Shown one piece after another: positions 1 through 9,180 of a stretch of 64,000 nucleotides of DNA (position 1 is its first letter; every line of letters begins with the position of its first letter). Where the stretch lies: assembly GCA_947457545.1 (NCBI GenBank), contig CANGXD010000005.1:5552-69551 (forward strand), read 5' to 3'. A program made the translations under genes and the position numbers. The notes under the pieces were generated by a model that was not told the origin of the DNA, ran no database searches, and saw only the letters and a program-made list of their open reading frames with translations. The stretch comes from Gemmatimonadaceae bacterium (GTDB lineage Bacteria > Gemmatimonadota > Gemmatimonadetes > Gemmatimonadales > Gemmatimonadaceae).

Positions 1-39
1 GCCTTGCCGGGACGCTTCCCACGAGGTCACTTCTGCCGC

Positions 40-1371
40 ATGTCTTCTCTCCGTACGCCGATCTGGTCACACCGCCTGCTGCGTAAGCTTCATCGCCATG
101 CCCTTGCCGGCGGATTGTTGCTGTCCACAGCATCAGCATTTCGGCCGGTTGCAGCGCAGCCCACCGCGAGCACCGTCGTCCTCCGCGCCGCCCGCGTCCT
201 TGACGGCACCGGGCGTTCGCTGACGAACCAGGACATCGTGGTGGAGCGTGGACGCATCGTCGCCATGCGCCCGGCGCGCGGCCCGCTCCCCGCCGGCGGC
301 ATTGACCTGGGCACGCGGACGTTGCTGCCCGGCTTGATCGACACGCATGTACACCTGGGGTGGTACATCAACGGCCACGATCGCATGCACACCGACGATG
401 ACGGCGATACGCCAGCCGTGAGCGCGTTGGCGCATGCGGGCAATGCGTGGGCCACCCTGCGTGCGGGATTCACCACGGTGCAGAGCATTGGCGAAGCGGA
501 TAACGCCGCGCTGCGCGACGCCATTGCCCGCGGAGGGATTCCGGGCCCGCGCGTGCTTACGTCGCTTGGTTCGCTCAACGAGCGCACCCGCGGCGGTTCG
601 CCGGATTCATTACGGGCGGTCGTGCGGCGCTTCAGGCAACAGGGCGCCGACGTCATCAAGATTTTCGCGTCCAAGAGCATTCGCGATGGAGGCGAAGCCA
701 CGATGACGCCCGAACAGCTGCAGGCGTCGTGCGGCGAAGCGACCGCGCAGGGGCTGCGTTCCGTGGTCCACGCGCACTCGGCCGACGCGGCACAGCGCGC
801 TGCCAATGCCGGATGTACACAAGTCGAGCACGGCGTGTTTGCCGATAACGCCACCCGGGCGACACTCGTGCAACACGGGACGTTCTTCGATCCGCAGTGC
901 GGCTTGGTGTTTCGCAACTATCTCGACAACAAGCGTTGGTTCGACGGGATCGGCAACTACAACGCGGTGGGCTTCGCGTCCATGGAGCAGGCGCTGCCGC
1001 TCGCGGAAGCGGGAATCGGGTTGGCCGCGCGTACCCCGGGGCTCAAGCTCGTCTTCGGGACCGACGCGGTAGCCGGCGCGCACGGCCGCAACGCCGAAGA
1101 ACTCATCTGTCGCGTACGGCGGGGGAAGCAGGACGCTATGGACGCCATTGTCAGCGCGACCAGTCGCGCTGCCGAGTCGCTGCGTCTCGACAAGGAGATC
1201 GGTCGAGTGTCCGTGGGTTTCGCGGCCGACCTCATCGCGACCGATGGTGATCCCTCGCAGGAAATCGAAGCGTCCCAGCGTGTGTCGTTCGTCATGCGCC
1301 AGGGGACCGTGTATCGCAACGATGGCGCGCGCGTGACTATCTCGCGCCGTGCCGCAGGAGTCAGGCGCTGA
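40..1371 (+). CDS. Metal-dependent amidohydrolase family protein, probably secreted
   Basis: LPGLIDTHVH (HxH), GFTTVQS, IKIF (Lys), VHAH, VEHG and FGTD motifs. Hydrophobic signal-like N-terminus. ATG at 40 chosen. Stop overlaps the next start (TGATG). Confidence 0.9.
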   Translation: MSSLRTPIWSHRLLRKLHRHALAGGLLLSTASAFRPVAAQPTASTVVLRAARVLDGTGRSLTNQDIVVERGRIVAMRPARGPLPAGGIDLGTRTLLPGLIDTHVHLGWYINGHDRMHTDDDGDTPAVSALAHAGNAWATLRAGFTTVQSIGEADNAALRDAIARGGIPGPRVLTSLGSLNERTRGGSPDSLRAVVRRFRQQGADVIKIFASKSIRDGGEATMTPEQLQASCGEATAQGLRSVVHAHSADAAQRAANAGCTQVEHGVFADNATRATLVQHGTFFDPQCGLVFRNYLDNKRWFDGIGNYNAVGFASMEQALPLAEAGIGLAARTPGLKLVFGTDAVAGAHGRNAEELICRVRRGKQDAMDAIVSATSRAAESLRLDKEIGRVSVGFAADLIATDGDPSQEIEASQRVSFVMRQGTVYRNDGARVTISRRAAGVRR

Positions 1372-2018
1372 TGAGCACCGATCATTCTTCCCCGTCGCCG
1401 CGGCGTACCTTCCTCAAGACGGCAGGTGTCCTGGCGGTCGCGGCCGCGACTTCGGGTACGGCGACAGGCTGCGACGTGAAGGAACCGCGCGTCGACACCA
1501 TAGACGACCAGGGTCTCGAGCGCGTCCGCGGTTTCGATCGCACCACACTCGATGCCGTTGCCACGGCCGTCCTCCCTGAGTCACTCGGCAGCGCCGGCAT
1601 TCGCGGTGCGACGGATCGATTCGTCGCATGGGCCGATGGCTTCGATCCGGTCGCCGAGGAAATGCACGGCTACGGCTACTCCGACGTGCGCTATCTGCCA
1701 GCCGACCCCGCTCCGGCGTGGCGTGCGCAGCTGCAGGCGCTCGACTTGCTCGCGCAGAAAACCGGTCGCACGACATTCGCGCAACTGCCGCTTGAGGGTC
1801 GCCGAGACCTGCTGCGCTCCGTTCTGCGCGGTGAGCGCAGCGAGCGATTGCCCGCACCACTTGGCGCCAAACATGTCGCACTGGCCCTGCTGTCGCACTG
1901 GAGCAGCGGCCCCGATGCGTGGAACCTCGCGTTGGGCGCCCAAGTGAATCCCATGACGTGCCGCACACTCGGCGACGCAGTGAAACGCCCGCTGCCTTTG
2001 GCAGGAGGTGCCGCGTGA
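1371..2018 (+). CDS. Tat-exported small subunit of a GMC flavoprotein dehydrogenase (gluconate 2-dehydrogenase subunit 3-like)
   Basis: Twin-arginine motif PRRTFLK; 'TTFAQLPLEGRRDLL' helix typical of the family. Translationally coupled to the GMC gene. Confidence 0.75.
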   Translation: MSTDHSSPSPRRTFLKTAGVLAVAAATSGTATGCDVKEPRVDTIDDQGLERVRGFDRTTLDAVATAVLPESLGSAGIRGATDRFVAWADGFDPVAEEMHGYGYSDVRYLPADPAPAWRAQLQALDLLAQKTGRTTFAQLPLEGRRDLLRSVLRGERSERLPAPLGAKHVALALLSHWSSGPDAWNLALGAQVNPMTCRTLGDAVKRPLPLAGGAA

Positions 2019-3631
2019 TCATTCAGACCGGCGAGACGGCCGTGCACGACACGGACATCTGCATTGTCGGCAGTGGGATTACGGCGGCCTTGATGGCGGC
2101 GCATCTCGCGGAGCACACCACGCAATCGATTCTGGTGGTGGAGGCCGGTCAGCCGACGACCGCGTTCCGCGATCGCACGCGTGCGCGCGAACGCTTTCTG
2201 GCGTACGGCGAGAGCCCGTGGAAGTCGGATCATCTCGACGACCAGAACGCGTATGGCAACACCTGGGGCTTCTCGCCCAGCATGCACGTAGGCGGGCTGG
2301 CGATGCACTGGGGTGGTGTCTCGCCGCGCTATTCGCCTGAAGATTTTCAGCTCAAGTCGTTGCATGGCGTCGGCACCGATTGGCCGTTCACGTACGACAC
2401 GCTCGATCCGTTCTATCAGGAAGCGGAAGAGCGGATGGGCGTGGCCGGTGAACAGGGGCCGCCGGCACTCGATCCGCGGGGTAAGCCGTATCCACTGCCG
2501 CCGCTGCCCATCAACTACAATCTCGCGCAGCTGCAGCAGTGGGCCAGCAACGCGGGTATCGCCACGTGGAGCACGCCGTCGGCGAAGAACTCGGTGGCCC
2601 GCGACGGTCGTGCACAGTGTCAGCGGTGCGACAGCTGCTATCCCGTGTGTCCGTCGGGTGCGAAGTACTCGCCCGACTTCACGTGGGATTCATTGCTTGC
2701 GGCGAAGAAGATCACGATGCTTACACAGACACTGGTGCGTCGCTTAGAAGCCGATCCGAAGACGGGGCGTGTTTCGCGCGCCACCGGAAATCGCACGGAC
2801 GCGAACGGCGCGCCGGTAGAGATCCGCGCCAAAACGTTTGTATTGGCGGCGGGATTTACGTGGTCGCCACACCTGCTGTTGCTGTCGCGCAGTGCGGCGT
2901 TCCCCAACGGACTCGCGAACCGGAGCGGTCTTGTCGGGAAGTATCTCGCGGGGCATCGCAACGTGAATGCCTATCTGCGTCTCCCCATGGAACTGATGCC
3001 GGGCATCAACGTGCAGCATTCGCTCGTGAGCAAGCAGTTCATGCGCGTGGGTCGGCAGTCGCGCTATCTGCGACATGACTTGCGCATCTGGGAATCAAGC
3101 GTGGGGCGTGAGCCGCGCCTGCGCGACGACACGGACACGTTGCTCTTCGGTGACGCGATGCTGAAGGATTGGCAGCAGCGTGCCAATGGCGCGACGGCGC
3201 GCGTGCGTGGCTATTACGACGTGCTTCCCGATCGGGAAAGCAAGCTGTGGCTCGACGACACCCGCACGAATCGCTTTGGCGATCCCATGCCGCGCATGGC
3301 GTTCAAGGACGCGCCGGAGAGTGCGGCGCTGCGCGAGTATCAGGAGGAGTCGCTGCGCGACTTGTTCCGCCGGATGGCCAAGGCCGGCGGCGGAGAGATT
3401 CTCCGCATGGAGAACAGCGCCAACGATCTTGGGCAAGAGCACCCGACCGGCGGCTGCCGCATGGGAACCGATCCCATGGACAGCGTCGTCGACGGCGACG
3501 GGCGTGCGCACGATCACGAGAATCTCTGGGTGGCGGGAGCACCGACGCAGCCGACGGCGAGCTGCTGCAACGGGACGCTCACGTTCGTGGCGGTCGGACT
3601 CAAGACGGCAGCTGCGATCGTGCGGGCCTAG
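2015..3631 (+). CDS. GMC family FAD-dependent oxidoreductase
   Basis: IVGSGITA FAD motif, VGGLAMHWGG, Cys cluster CQRCDSCYPVCP, HPTGGCRMG, VVDGDGRAHDHENLWV. GTG at 2015 overlaps the upstream TGA. Confidence 0.92.
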   Translation: MIIQTGETAVHDTDICIVGSGITAALMAAHLAEHTTQSILVVEAGQPTTAFRDRTRARERFLAYGESPWKSDHLDDQNAYGNTWGFSPSMHVGGLAMHWGGVSPRYSPEDFQLKSLHGVGTDWPFTYDTLDPFYQEAEERMGVAGEQGPPALDPRGKPYPLPPLPINYNLAQLQQWASNAGIATWSTPSAKNSVARDGRAQCQRCDSCYPVCPSGAKYSPDFTWDSLLAAKKITMLTQTLVRRLEADPKTGRVSRATGNRTDANGAPVEIRAKTFVLAAGFTWSPHLLLLSRSAAFPNGLANRSGLVGKYLAGHRNVNAYLRLPMELMPGINVQHSLVSKQFMRVGRQSRYLRHDLRIWESSVGREPRLRDDTDTLLFGDAMLKDWQQRANGATARVRGYYDVLPDRESKLWLDDTRTNRFGDPMPRMAFKDAPESAALREYQEESLRDLFRRMAKAGGGEILRMENSANDLGQEHPTGGCRMGTDPMDSVVDGDGRAHDHENLWVAGAPTQPTASCCNGTLTFVAVGLKTAAAIVRA

Positions 3632-3994
3632 CTGGTCTTGGTCGGGGTTGTCGGTGGGGTCGGGGTACAGCCACTACAGTCGGGGTACCGCTACCACAGT
3701 CGGGGTACTGCCACGACGGTCGGGGTCGATAAACAGTCGGGGTCCTGGCCGGGTCGGGCGCGGCGCTGCGCTGGCGCGTCGGGGTCGGGGCTCAAATGTC
3801 GGGGGCAGGGTCGAGGCAGCCCCGACACTTTATCCCCGACCCCGACGCGCGAGCGCAGCGCCGCGCATGACCCGACAGAGACCCCGACCGCAGGTAGACC
3901 CCGACTGTCGTGGCAGTACCCCGACTGTGGTAGCGGTGCCCCGACTGTAGTGGCTGTGCCCCGACAACCACCGCCAACCCCGACCAAGACCAGC
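3631..3994. repeat. 364-bp imperfect palindrome built from GTCGGGG/CCCCGAC units (REPIN/MITE-like)
   Basis: Left arm GCTGGTCTTGGTCGGGGTTG... is the reverse complement of the right arm ...CAACCCCGACCAAGACCAGC over ~175 bp. About 9 GTCGGGG on the left and 9 CCCCGAC on the right, partly at 20-bp period. Confidence 0.92.
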
Positions 3995-4062
3995 GAGCAC
4001 TGGTGTCTGCCGGCCTCTCCGACACAAGTTGAGTGGTCGTCTTCCTCTACCCTTCCCTGCCA

Positions 4063-6240
4063 ATGCGACGTTCCGCATTCCTGACCGCTATCGCGGCGCT
4101 CACGCCGCTTGCCGCGCTCTCCGCCCAGCCGCGCGCCCTCACCGCCGCCGACTACGCCCGCGCCGAGAAATTCCTCGGCTTCAACACGCAGCCGCTCGTG
4201 TCGAACACCGGCGTCGCGCCGTCGTGGCTCCCCGATGGACGCTTCACCTACCGCGTGCGCCAGCCTGACGGGTCGCAGCCGACGTTCGTGGTGAACGCCA
4301 AGGGCGTCAAAACCAACTGCGCCGCCACCGGTGCGTCGTGCCCCGCGACGGAAGCCGCGCGCCCGGCCGCGCGCAACCGCACGCGGTCGCCGGAGTCGAT
4401 GTCGCCCGACGGTACGAAGGCCGCGTTCATTCGCGACTGGAACCTCTGGGTTCGCGATGTCGCGAGCAATCAGGAAACCCAGCTCACCACCGACGGCGTG
4501 AAGGACTACGGCTACGCCACCGACAACGCCGGCTGGGTGCACAGCGATCGCGCCATTCTGCTCTGGTCTCCCGACTCCAAAAAGATTGCGACCTTCCAGC
4601 AAGACCAGCGAAAGGTCGGCGACATGTATCTGGTGCGCACCAAGGTGGGCCACCCTGAACTGCTCGCCTGGAAATATCCGCTTCCCGGCGACAGCGTCGT
4701 CTCCATGATCGAGCGCGTGGTGGTGGATCTGTCGAGCACCGCGCCGCGCGTAGTGCGCTTCAAGATGCCGGCCGACCAGCATCGCAGCTCGGTGTGCGAC
4801 CACATCGCCTGCGGCGGCAAGCTGGCCGATGTCGAGTGGTTCCCCGACGGCAGCAAGGTGGCGTTTCTCTCCAACTCGCGCGACCACAAGGTGGCAACGC
4901 TGCGGGTGGCTGATGCTACCACTGGCGACGTGCGCGATGTGCTGCGCGAAGAAGTGAAGACGCAGTTCGAAAGCGGCGACGGCGATCAGAACTGGCGCCT
5001 GCTGACCGCCTCGAACGAAGTACTCTGGTTTTCGGAGCGCGACGACTGGGGCCAGCTGTACCTCTACGATCTCACCACCGGCGCGCTCAAGAATCAGGTC
5101 ACGACCGGCGAAGGCACGGTGCTCTCCATCGAGCGCCTCGACGAGAAGGGCCGCACGGTGTGGTTCACTGCCGCCGGTAAGGAAAAGGGGCGCGACCCGT
5201 ACTTCCGTCACCTCTACCGTATCGGATTCAACGGCAAGGGGCTTACGCTGCTCACGCCGGAAGACGGTGACCACAACGTGTCCCTCTCCCCCGATGGTGC
5301 GCGATTCGTAGACAGCTGGTCGCGGCCGGACCTGCCGCAGACGGCAGTGCTGCGCGATACAAAGTCGGGCGCACTCATCGCCACGCTCGAACAGGGTGAC
5401 ATCTCCAAGCTCGTCGCCACCGGCTGGAAGCCCCCCACGCGCATCACGGTCAAGGACCGCGATGGTAAGTGGGACCTGCACGGCCTCATGTGGACACCCA
5501 CACAACTCGACTCCACCAAGAAGTACCCCATCATCAACTACATCTACCCCGGCCCGCAGGGTGGCTCCGTGGGCAGCCGGCAGTTCACGCCGTCCACGCG
5601 CGATAACCAGGCGCTGGCCGAGCTGGGGTTCATTGTGGTGGCCATTGATGGCACCGGCAATCCGACGCGCTCCAAGTCCTTCCATGACGCGTACTATGCG
5701 CGCATGGGCGACAACACGCTCCCCGACCAGATCATCGGCATGAAGCAGCTCGCGGCGCGCTATGCGTTCATCGACATCGATCGCGCCGGCATCTGGGGGC
5801 ACTCAGGCGGTGGATTCGCCACCGCGGGTGCGATGTTCCGGTATCCCGATTTCTTCAAGGTGGGCATCTCGGAATCGGGCAATCACGAGAACCGCAACTA
5901 CGAAGACGATTGGGGTGAGCGCTATCACGGCCTCCTCGTGAAGAGCGGCACCGGCGACAACTACGACGCCGAGGCCAATCAGAACTTTGCCAAGAACCTC
6001 AAGGGCAAGCTGCTGTTGGCCCACGGCACCCTGGACGACAACGTGCCGCCCGACAACACCTACTTGGTGGTCGACGCACTCATCAAGGCAGGCAAAGATT
6101 TCGATCTCCTCATGATTCCGAACGCTGCGCACGGCTACGGCAGCGCGTCGAACTACATGATGCGGCGTCGCTGGGACTATTTCGTGCAGCACCTGCTCGG
6201 TGCAACGCCTCCGAAGGAATACCAGATCGGCCCCAAGTAG
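4063..6240 (+). CDS. S9 family peptidase (dipeptidyl peptidase IV-like), secreted
   Basis: GIWGHSGGG nucleophile motif, HGTLDDNV (Asp), NAAHG (His), DPP IV N-terminal propeller, signal peptide MRRSAFL... Confidence 0.95.
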   Translation: MRRSAFLTAIAALTPLAALSAQPRALTAADYARAEKFLGFNTQPLVSNTGVAPSWLPDGRFTYRVRQPDGSQPTFVVNAKGVKTNCAATGASCPATEAARPAARNRTRSPESMSPDGTKAAFIRDWNLWVRDVASNQETQLTTDGVKDYGYATDNAGWVHSDRAILLWSPDSKKIATFQQDQRKVGDMYLVRTKVGHPELLAWKYPLPGDSVVSMIERVVVDLSSTAPRVVRFKMPADQHRSSVCDHIACGGKLADVEWFPDGSKVAFLSNSRDHKVATLRVADATTGDVRDVLREEVKTQFESGDGDQNWRLLTASNEVLWFSERDDWGQLYLYDLTTGALKNQVTTGEGTVLSIERLDEKGRTVWFTAAGKEKGRDPYFRHLYRIGFNGKGLTLLTPEDGDHNVSLSPDGARFVDSWSRPDLPQTAVLRDTKSGALIATLEQGDISKLVATGWKPPTRITVKDRDGKWDLHGLMWTPTQLDSTKKYPIINYIYPGPQGGSVGSRQFTPSTRDNQALAELGFIVVAIDGTGNPTRSKSFHDAYYARMGDNTLPDQIIGMKQLAARYAFIDIDRAGIWGHSGGGFATAGAMFRYPDFFKVGISESGNHENRNYEDDWGERYHGLLVKSGTGDNYDAEANQNFAKNLKGKLLLAHGTLDDNVPPDNTYLVVDALIKAGKDFDLLMIPNAAHGYGSASNYMMRRRWDYFVQHLLGATPPKEYQIGPK

Positions 6241-6258
6241 TCGGGCGCGTCGATTCAC

Positions 6259-6286
6259 AAAGGCCCCGGCACGCGCCGGGGCCTTT
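6259..6286. terminator. Rho-independent terminator
   Basis: AAAGGCCCCGGC-ACGC-GCCGGGGCCTTT shortly after the peptidase stop. Confidence 0.85.
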
Positions 6287-6451
6287 CTGTTATGCGCGAC
6301 ACACACATGAAGTCTCACGCATTCCAGTACCGGAATACGTGACCGGATGACAAGTTATGTGTTCGCGACAGCCCGCCCTTAGCCCCATCGTGTACCCACA
6401 ACGTTTGTCCTGCCGCTGCTCCAGCAGGCGCTCTCCCGCCTGAACGATGTC

Positions 6452-7894
6452 GTGCTCATCACCGAAGCCGAGCCCACCTCGTTCCCAGGTCCGCGCATCC
6501 AGTACGTGAATGAGGTGTTCGAACGCACGACTGGCTTTACCGCCGAGGAGGTCATCGGCAAGACGCCCCGCATATTGCAGGGAGCGCGCACTGACCAGGA
6601 AGTGCTCGCGCGGTTACGCGACTCGCTGCGCGCGTGGAAGTCGGAGCGTGTGACGCTCACGAACTATCGCAAGGATGGGACGCCGTTCGACGTCGAGTTC
6701 GAAGTCGTGCCCATCGCCAACGAGCAGGGATGGTACACGCATTGGGTGTCGGTGCAACGCGACGTGACCAAGAGCACATTGGCCGCCGAGGTCATTCGCA
6801 CCGCCTCGACGCTCGACGAACTCGGGTCCGGCATCTGTTTCGAACTGCGCGAATATGTGGCAGCCACCACCGTGGTCTGGCGTATGCGCCCCCATGGACA
6901 GCGCCATTGGCATGTCTTGCAGGCGGGGAAAACGCTTCCGTTCGACGCGCAGCTCATGATGCCTGGAGAGCACTGTGTGCTCGTGCCGCTGCAAACGTCG
7001 GGTGATCTCGAAGTGGAGCTTCTGCTGTGGCACGAATCACGGCCGTTCAGTGAGGCGCAGCAGGCACTGACCGAAGCAGTCGCCCGGCGGGCCGCTCCGG
7101 CCACTGAAAAACTGTATGCGCTGCTGCAGCAGCAGCGGCTCATCGCGGCGTTGCATCAGTCGGAGAAACTCGAAGCGATCGGCCGTCTGGCCGGTGGCAT
7201 CGCGCACGACTTCAACAATCTCCTGACCATTGTGGTGGGGAACGTCGAGTATCTGCAAAGTATCGTTCCCGCAGTCGATGAAGTTTCGAACGTGTGTGCC
7301 GACATCACCCGTGCCACCACGCGCGCGAGCGCGCTGGTACAACGCCTGCTCGACTTCGGCCGTCAACGGGTCCCGTCGGCGCAACCGTTTCCCGTGGACG
7401 GCGTCATTGCGTCGGCGGCGGCGCTTCTCGAACGCACGCTCGGAGCGCCCATCGTCATCGCGACCGCGGTGGAAGCGCCGGTCCCCATCGTTTTGGGTGA
7501 CCCGGCGCTGCTGGAGCAGGTCCTCGTGAGTCTCATCCTGAACGCACGGGATGCCCTCCGCAGCATGATGCAGCCGGAACGTGGAGAGATCCGCGTCGTG
7601 GCCATTCGCGACTACGTGGAGAGCTCGCGGCAGGAGGGGTATGCCGCTGCGCTGCCCCCTGGTCGGTACGTGGCCATCGACATCACGGACGACGGCCCGG
7701 GAATGACCGACGACGTGCGCGATCGGGCGTTCGACCCATTCTTTACCACCAAACCACTGGGGTCGGTGGGGGCGGGCAACGGACTGGGACTCTCCACGGC
7801 CTACGGCATCGTCGCCACAATTGGCGGCACCATCCGGCTCCAGAACGTCGTACCGCACGGCCTGAATGTGCGCATCATTCTGCCGGCCGCCTGA
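6452..7894 (+). CDS. PAS (LOV-like) sensor histidine kinase, no receiver domain; start uncertain
   Basis: PAS: YVNEVF...GKTPRILQG...NYRKDG...VQRDVT. H-box LAGGIAHDFNN. N-box region LILNARDA, DDGPG, FDPFFTTK, GLGLS. The frame is open back to a TAG at 6380, so a CTG start upstream is possible. Confidence 0.9.
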   Translation: MLITEAEPTSFPGPRIQYVNEVFERTTGFTAEEVIGKTPRILQGARTDQEVLARLRDSLRAWKSERVTLTNYRKDGTPFDVEFEVVPIANEQGWYTHWVSVQRDVTKSTLAAEVIRTASTLDELGSGICFELREYVAATTVVWRMRPHGQRHWHVLQAGKTLPFDAQLMMPGEHCVLVPLQTSGDLEVELLLWHESRPFSEAQQALTEAVARRAAPATEKLYALLQQQRLIAALHQSEKLEAIGRLAGGIAHDFNNLLTIVVGNVEYLQSIVPAVDEVSNVCADITRATTRASALVQRLLDFGRQRVPSAQPFPVDGVIASAAALLERTLGAPIVIATAVEAPVPIVLGDPALLEQVLVSLILNARDALRSMMQPERGEIRVVAIRDYVESSRQEGYAAALPPGRYVAIDITDDGPGMTDDVRDRAFDPFFTTKPLGSVGAGNGLGLSTAYGIVATIGGTIRLQNVVPHGLNVRIILPAA

Positions 7895-7966
7895 CGGTCG
7901 GCCGACGCGGTAGCGACATCGTCGGGTCAGCTCCGCCGGCGTAGACCGCTGGTATAGATTGCAGGT

Positions 7967-8335
7967 ATGGAACGACTCTTTCTCACGCTGGGCGCCCTGT
8001 CAGGGGCCATCGGTGTCGGTGCCGGCGCGTTCGGGGCGCACGCGTTGCGGGCGCGGCTCGAACCGCGCATGCTCGAGGTGTTCGAAACGGGCGCGCGCTA
8101 CCAGATGTACCACGCGCTGGCGCTGATCGCCGCGGCGTGGATTGCCGGCCGCTGGCCTGGCACGTGGAGCACTGCGAGTGGATGGCTGTTTCTCGCCGGC
8201 ACGCTGTTCTTCAGCGGGTCGCTCTACGCCATGGCGCTAACCGGCGTCCGTGCCTTGGGCGCTATCACGCCAATCGGCGGCGTATGCTTCATCGCCGGAT
8301 GGCTATGCCTCGCGCTGGCGGCCCGCACCGGCTGA
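7967..8335 (+). CDS. DUF423 family membrane protein
   Basis: GAFGAHAL, ETGARYQMYHAL, FSGSLY, GAITPIGG motifs. Confidence 0.92.
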   Translation: MERLFLTLGALSGAIGVGAGAFGAHALRARLEPRMLEVFETGARYQMYHALALIAAAWIAGRWPGTWSTASGWLFLAGTLFFSGSLYAMALTGVRALGAITPIGGVCFIAGWLCLALAARTG

Positions 8336-8384
8336 TCACTTCAAAGGGGTGACGCTGGAACGCGATTTGGGCGATCCTTCGCGA

Positions 8385-9173
8385 ATGCTTCTCACGCAGC
8401 CTTCCGTCTCACAATTGGCCGCCATCGCCGCTGTCTCGGCGATCGGCGGCGCCGTCAATTCCATCGCTGGCGGCGGCACGCTGCTCACCTTCCCTGCCCT
8501 CCTCGGGCTCGGTGTTACGCCCGTGTCGGCGAACGCCACGAGCACCGTCGCGCTGTGGCCCGGTTCGCTCGCGAGCATGCTGGGGTATCGACGCGAGTTG
8601 GAAGGATCGGAGCGCTGGGCCATCAAGCTCGCCGTTCCGAGTCTCCTCGGCGGCCTCACCGGCGCCGGCCTGCTCATGGCCACGAGTGACGACCAGTTCC
8701 GCGCTATCGTGCCGTGGCTCGTCTTCGGTGCGACGCTGCTCTTCGCGTTTCAGGCGCGGTTCATGAAATGGCTCCGGCACTACGTGACCGAAGTACCGCA
8801 CGGACCAGCGCCCATTGAACCCACGCGCGGCATGATCATCGCGCAGTACTTCGTCGCGATCTATGGCGGCTACTTCGGCGCCGGGGCGGGCATCGTCATG
8901 CTCGCAACGTTCGGCCTCATGGGGATGACGAACATTCACCGCATGAACGGCCTGAAGAACTTCAACGGCATCTGTTTCAACGGCATCGCCGCCATCACCT
9001 TTGCGCTCAAGGGGCTCGTCAACTGGCCCATTGCGCTCGTCATGGCCATTGGCTCGAGCGCTGGCGGGTACGCGATGTCCGGGCTGGCGCAGAAGGTGCC
9101 GCAGGCGTGGGTTCGCGGCGCTGTCTCCCTTATCGGAATCGGCAGCGCCGTCTGGCTCTTCCTGTCGCGGTAA
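8385..9173 (+). CDS. Sulfite exporter TauE/SafE family membrane protein
   Basis: NSIAGGGTLLTFP, ANATST, IYGGYFGAGAG, NGLKN motifs; multiple TM helices. Confidence 0.88.
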   Translation: MLLTQPSVSQLAAIAAVSAIGGAVNSIAGGGTLLTFPALLGLGVTPVSANATSTVALWPGSLASMLGYRRELEGSERWAIKLAVPSLLGGLTGAGLLMATSDDQFRAIVPWLVFGATLLFAFQARFMKWLRHYVTEVPHGPAPIEPTRGMIIAQYFVAIYGGYFGAGAGIVMLATFGLMGMTNIHRMNGLKNFNGICFNGIAAITFALKGLVNWPIALVMAIGSSAGGYAMSGLAQKVPQAWVRGAVSLIGIGSAVWLFLSR

Positions 9174-9180
9174 CCCTGAA

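Noticed and set aside
3641-3745. GTCGGGG repeats with variable spacers as a mini-CRISPR array
   Set aside because: The repeat is only 7-9 bp, spacers are ~13 bp and similar to one another, the block is mirrored as an inverted arm, and there are no cas genes nearby.
3638-4084. ORFs running across the palindrome (148 aa and others)
   Set aside because: Low-complexity translations of the repeat with no coding signal.
3691-5802. 703-aa minus-strand ORF, and similar long antisense ORFs opposite parC, czcA, the fucosidase and the large recombinase
   Set aside because: Shadow ORFs expected from GC-rich codon bias opposite well-supported genes.
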